From Candidatus Nanoarchaeia archaeon (lineage in GTDB: Archaea; Nanobdellota; Nanobdellia; Woesearchaeales; UBA10216): DNA of 64,000 nt. The notes below the pieces were generated by a model that saw only the letters and a list, made by a program, of their open reading frames with translations, did not search any database and was not told the DNA's origin. This document shows, one piece after another, positions 60,980-64,000 of the stretch. The DNA is taken from NCBI GenBank assembly GCA_028279045.1, contig JANQSZ010000022.1, positions 16,388-80,387 on the forward strand, read 5' to 3'. Within the stretch, counting starts at the first letter, position 1. Each line of letters opens with the position of its first letter. Position numbers and translations under genes: made by a program.

Positions 60980-61561
60980 GTGGGGTTTTTTACCTTTAAC
61001 AAAAAAGACAAAACTGCACAGCCACAGCAAGGCAGTGTGCCGGGGCCGAATGACACAGTAGATCTACCGCCCCCTCCTTCTGTTGAAGATCCCGAATCTA
61101 TGAGTGATTTACCAACTTTTCCTGAGCTGCAACCGCAATCTGGAGAAGCGCCGATGGCGCCACCTACACCACCACCTCTACCAGAATCGATCGGGCCAGT
61201 CCCACAAGCGCCTGAACCAATACCAGAGCCGATGCCACCGCCTCCTGAAGAGCCGGCAGCGGAACCGGAGCCTACTCCTGAACCACCTGCACCAGAAATG
61301 CCAGCGCAGGCACCTCCGCCAGCACCCACTCCTCCAGCAGGATTTGTGCAAGACGGACTCTATTTACCTCAAGATCAATATGCAGAATTACTCCAGCACG
61401 TAGCGGAAACACAAACGAGCTTGAAATCTGCTATCAGCACATTGAATAAATACAAGAAAACACATTCATCGAAACACGCATCGTACGATTCCTTTCGGGA
61501 TGCTGTTGAAGGATTACAAAGAAGCTTATTACAAGTGGATCGAAACTTATTCGAAAGTTAG
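60980..61561 (+). CDS. proline-rich protein with C-terminal coiled coil
   Basis: GTG start, MGFFTF amphipathic N-terminus, long P/E/A linker, then LYLPQDQY plus helical hairpin. Confidence 0.75.
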   Translation: MGFFTFNKKDKTAQPQQGSVPGPNDTVDLPPPPSVEDPESMSDLPTFPELQPQSGEAPMAPPTPPPLPESIGPVPQAPEPIPEPMPPPPEEPAAEPEPTPEPPAPEMPAQAPPPAPTPPAGFVQDGLYLPQDQYAELLQHVAETQTSLKSAISTLNKYKKTHSSKHASYDSFRDAVEGLQRSLLQVDRNLFES

Positions 61562-61570
61562 GTGATACCT

Positions 61571-61783
61571 ATGGATCAACAAGTATTTGTTAAAGTAGAA
61601 AAGTACAAGGAGATTTCAGAAATGATAACTGAAATTCGCTCGAAATTAAACCAAGCGAAAGAAGTCGTCGACAAGATCGAGCAAATTCGAACTGAAGAAG
61701 ACACACAAGTAGCGTCTTGGAAAGAAGAACTTGCATCGGCAGAAAGCAGAATACAATCAGTAGAAGCGACATTATCCAAATGA
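61571..61783 (+). CDS. small coiled-coil protein
   Basis: RBS aggtga; VFVKVEKY followed by a heptad helix. Confidence 0.75.
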   Translation: MDQQVFVKVEKYKEISEMITEIRSKLNQAKEVVDKIEQIRTEEDTQVASWKEELASAESRIQSVEATLSK

Positions 61784-62163
61784 GCCCACAACCAACAAGC
61801 GACGTGTACATACACATACAGAATCCCTCTGAGATACGTCGCAATGTGTTGGAATCAACAAAATTTCTAATTCAAGTTTTGAAAAAATACGAACAGTTGA
61901 GTGAAACTCGAACTAAGAAAACAGAAGAGATCGATAAGCTGAAAGTAATTCTAGGCGATATCAATACGTTGTTTAGCCAGATCAAAGAAGACCTGCCAAA
62001 AGTAGATCCTTCTTTACTTCCAAAAAAGAAAAAAGTCGTGCCAGTGCCTCCAGCTCCTAAGAAAGAAGTTGTTGTTCCTAAAGCAGCTCCGGTCAAGAAG
62101 AGCCAACTGGATCACCTGGATGATGAGCTGAGCACCATAGAAGAGAAACTCCGACGCCTTTAA
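61780..62163 (+). CDS. coiled-coil protein with Pro/Lys-rich linker
   Basis: ATGA overlap; VYIHIQNPSEIRRNVLE...LDDELSTIEEKLRRL. Confidence 0.75.
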   Translation: MSPQPTSDVYIHIQNPSEIRRNVLESTKFLIQVLKKYEQLSETRTKKTEEIDKLKVILGDINTLFSQIKEDLPKVDPSLLPKKKKVVPVPPAPKKEVVVPKAAPVKKSQLDHLDDELSTIEEKLRRL

Positions 62164-62192
62164 ATAGGGCGACTAATTCTTTCCAATCCTGC

Positions 62193-62316
62193 GCGGGGGT
62201 AGCAAAGCCTGGTCAAATGCGCCAGACTCAAGAGAATTGAGTTACGAGGCTACGGCCGATGAACTGAGCAATCTGGTCACTTAGCGTGTTCGAGGGTTCG
62301 AATCCCTTCCCCCGCA
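62193..62316 (+). tRNA. tRNA-Leu(CAA) with a 38-nt intron at position 37/38 (62233-62270)
   Basis: acceptor stem GCGGGGG/CCCCCGC, D-arm AGCCTGGTCAAA, anticodon stem CCAGA/TCTGG with CAA at 62229-62231, long variable arm, GGTTCGAATCC; TATA tttaaata at 62159; CCA not encoded. Confidence 0.93.
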
Positions 62317-62317
62317 C

Positions 62318-62668
62318 TTATTTCCTCAATATTTTCTCCATTGCCTTTCCATTGGCTAGTTCATCAATTAGCTTGTCTAGGTAACGAATTTCTTGCATGG
62401 TTCGCTCCTTAATCTCCTCAACTCGAACGCCACAAACCACACCTTTGATCAGCTTCCGTGAAGGATTCTTCTTAGGGGCTTTTGCAAAGAACGTCTCGAA
62501 ATCTGTCTCGTTCTTAATTTGAGCATTTAGTTGCTTTTGACTGTATCCTGTTAACCAGAGAATAATTTGGTCGACTTCAGCTTTCGTACGTCCTTTCTTC
62601 TCTGCCTTTTCGACGTACAAAGGATAAACACTTCCAAACCTCATCGTGTAGATTCTGGGTTTTTCCAT
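62318..62668 (-). CDS. DUF2200 family protein
   Basis: [32 protein letters not shown] and [11 protein letters not shown]. Confidence 0.85.
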   Translation of the reverse strand: MEKPRIYTMRFGSVYPLYVEKAEKKGRTKAEVDQIILWLTGYSQKQLNAQIKNETDFETFFAKAPKKNPSRKLIKGVVCGVRVEEIKERTMQEIRYLDKLIDELANGKAMEKILRK

Positions 62669-62754
62669 ATGAAGCGTAAAGATGTATGCCTTCTTAAAAT
62701 TTTTGAACACAATGCTTTTAAGGAGAGTTCTCATAACTGATATAAGGTGATCAA

Positions 62755-62991
62755 ATGAAAACAATGACGTGCGAGCAGCTCGGCGGAGCTTGTGATAAGG
62801 AATTTCATGCTGAGACTTTTGACGAAATAGCAGAGCAAAGCAAGCAGCACGGTATGGAAATGTTCCAAACGCAAGACGAAAAACACCTGGGCGCGATGAA
62901 AAGTATGATGGAACTGATGCAAGACCCACAGAAACTACAAGAATGGATAGAAAGCAAACGGAAAGAATTTGACGCTTTGCCGGATGAATAG
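62755..62991 (+). CDS. DUF1059-like small metal-binding protein
   Basis: [14 protein letters not shown]...SKQHG; RBS aaggtga. Confidence 0.75.
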   Translation: MKTMTCEQLGGACDKEFHAETFDEIAEQSKQHGMEMFQTQDEKHLGAMKSMMELMQDPQKLQEWIESKRKEFDALPDE

Positions 62992-64000
62992 ATGACTGTA
63001 GAAATCACCACTGTAGGCGGATATGATTTGGTTGGCGGGAACATGACTGCCATCAAAGTAGGAGATGAAGTTGTCATCTTCGATATCGGCCTGAACATGG
63101 AGCCGTACATCAAGTTAACGGATGACGAGGATATTGAGAAAGTTGATGAGAAACTGCTGACTAAGGTTGGAGCGATACCTGACATTGGGCCGATTGAAGA
63201 TTGGGCAGATAAGGTTGTTGGGATCTGTCCGAGTCACGCACATCTTGATCACATCGGAGCAATACCGCATTTAGCGCATCATTTTAACGCACCTGTTTGC
63301 GGAACACCTTTTACGATCGAAGTGTTGAACACTATTTTGAAATCTGAAGAAATTAATCTGAATAATGAAGTGCGAATTGTACCGGTAAATGGGAAGACAA
63401 AACTTTCTGACAATATCACAGTTGAGTTTATCAGCGCGACGCATTCGACACCAGACAGTTCAATGGTTGCGATTCATACGCCGGAAGGCGTGATTATTTA
63501 TGCTTGTGACTTCAAAGTTGATCGGTTCCCGACGTTTGGGAAGAAGATGAACTTCAAACGGCTTGAGGAACTGGGAAAGAAAGGGGTGCTTGCACTTATT
63601 TGCGAGTCCACGTATGCGTGGTATCAAGCTAAGACGCCGAGTGAATCGGTGGCGAAAGAAATGCTGAAAGATGTTTTACTGGGACATACGCATGGAAATG
63701 AAGCCGTACTGGTTACAACGTTTGCGAGTCATATTGCACGATTGAAATCGCTGATCGAACTTGGTAAAAAGATGGATCGGAAAGTGTTGCTGTTGGGAAG
63801 GAGCTTCAAGCGATACTTGGAAGCTGCCAAGAATGCAAACTTGATCGATTTATTTGAGGGTGTTGAAGTTGTTACGTACAAGAGTCACATTAAACGGAAG
63901 CTCAAACAAGTGAGTAAAGATGGGAAAAACAGGTATTTGTTAATTGTAACGGGCCATCAAGGCGAACCAAAAGCAACCCTGTCTAAAATGGCTAATGGGG
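62992..64000 (+). CDS. rnj: ribonuclease J (beta-CASP metallo-beta-lactamase), runs off the window end
   Basis: translated by eye: [43 protein letters not shown] and TGHQGEP; absent from the ORF track because no stop falls in the window. Confidence 0.9.
   Translation, partial: MTVEITTVGGYDLVGGNMTAIKVGDEVVIFDIGLNMEPYIKLTDDEDIEKVDEKLLTKVGAIPDIGPIEDWADKVVGICPSHAHLDHIGAIPHLAHHFNAPVCGTPFTIEVLNTILKSEEINLNNEVRIVPVNGKTKLSDNITVEFISATHSTPDSSMVAIHTPEGVIIYACDFKVDRFPTFGKKMNFKRLEELGKKGVLALICESTYAWYQAKTPSESVAKEMLKDVLLGHTHGNEAVLVTTFASHIARLKSLIELGKKMDRKVLLLGRSFKRYLEAAKNANLIDLFEGVEVVTYKSHIKRKLKQVSKDGKNRYLLIVTGHQGEPKATLSKMANG

Noticed and set aside
60928..61329. Gly-rich minus-strand ORF
   Set aside because: Antisense shadow of the Pro-rich gene
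62193..62991. tRNA as the attachment site of an integrated element
   Set aside because: No integrase and no duplicated tRNA 3' end in the window; the flanking genes are small or housekeeping

Overview
Archaeal chromosomal DNA, most likely a DPANN archaeon of the Woesearchaeota/Nanoarchaeota type. This is inferred from TATA-box promoters, an intron-containing tRNA, MBF1, PurP, a stand-alone 5S rRNA and densely overlapping genes. From left to right the window holds: (1) a minus-strand nucleotide-sugar/surface-glycan operon (ugd, NTP-transferase, UXS, gmd/rmd, rmlBDAC, NDP-hexose 2,3-dehydratase and 3-ketoreductase, GT4, deacetylase) facing an RHH-nucleotidyltransferase fusion regulator; (2) a 5S rRNA gene; (3) an unusual 16.7-18.1 kb locus where a coiled-coil/winged-helix gene carries, and is followed by, ~11-bp-phased GGACA arrays, next to a second AAAGTGAG repeat family and phased T-tracts, which together resemble an origin or centromere-like site; (4) glycosyltransferases, a THUMP methylase, gyrA and scpB; (5) a pyrimidine operon; (6) a ~20 kb de novo purine/folate-C1 superoperon with a divergent HTH-PRTase regulator and a candidate GTGTACAAAAC operator; (7) a three-gene coiled-coil cassette, an intron-containing tRNA-Leu(CAA) and a partial RNase J. 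No CRISPR array, transposase or integrase was seen. All calls come from motif recognition by eye, and no database searches were run. Start codons were adjusted from the ORF track where overlaps or RBS/TATA context supported a downstream start.
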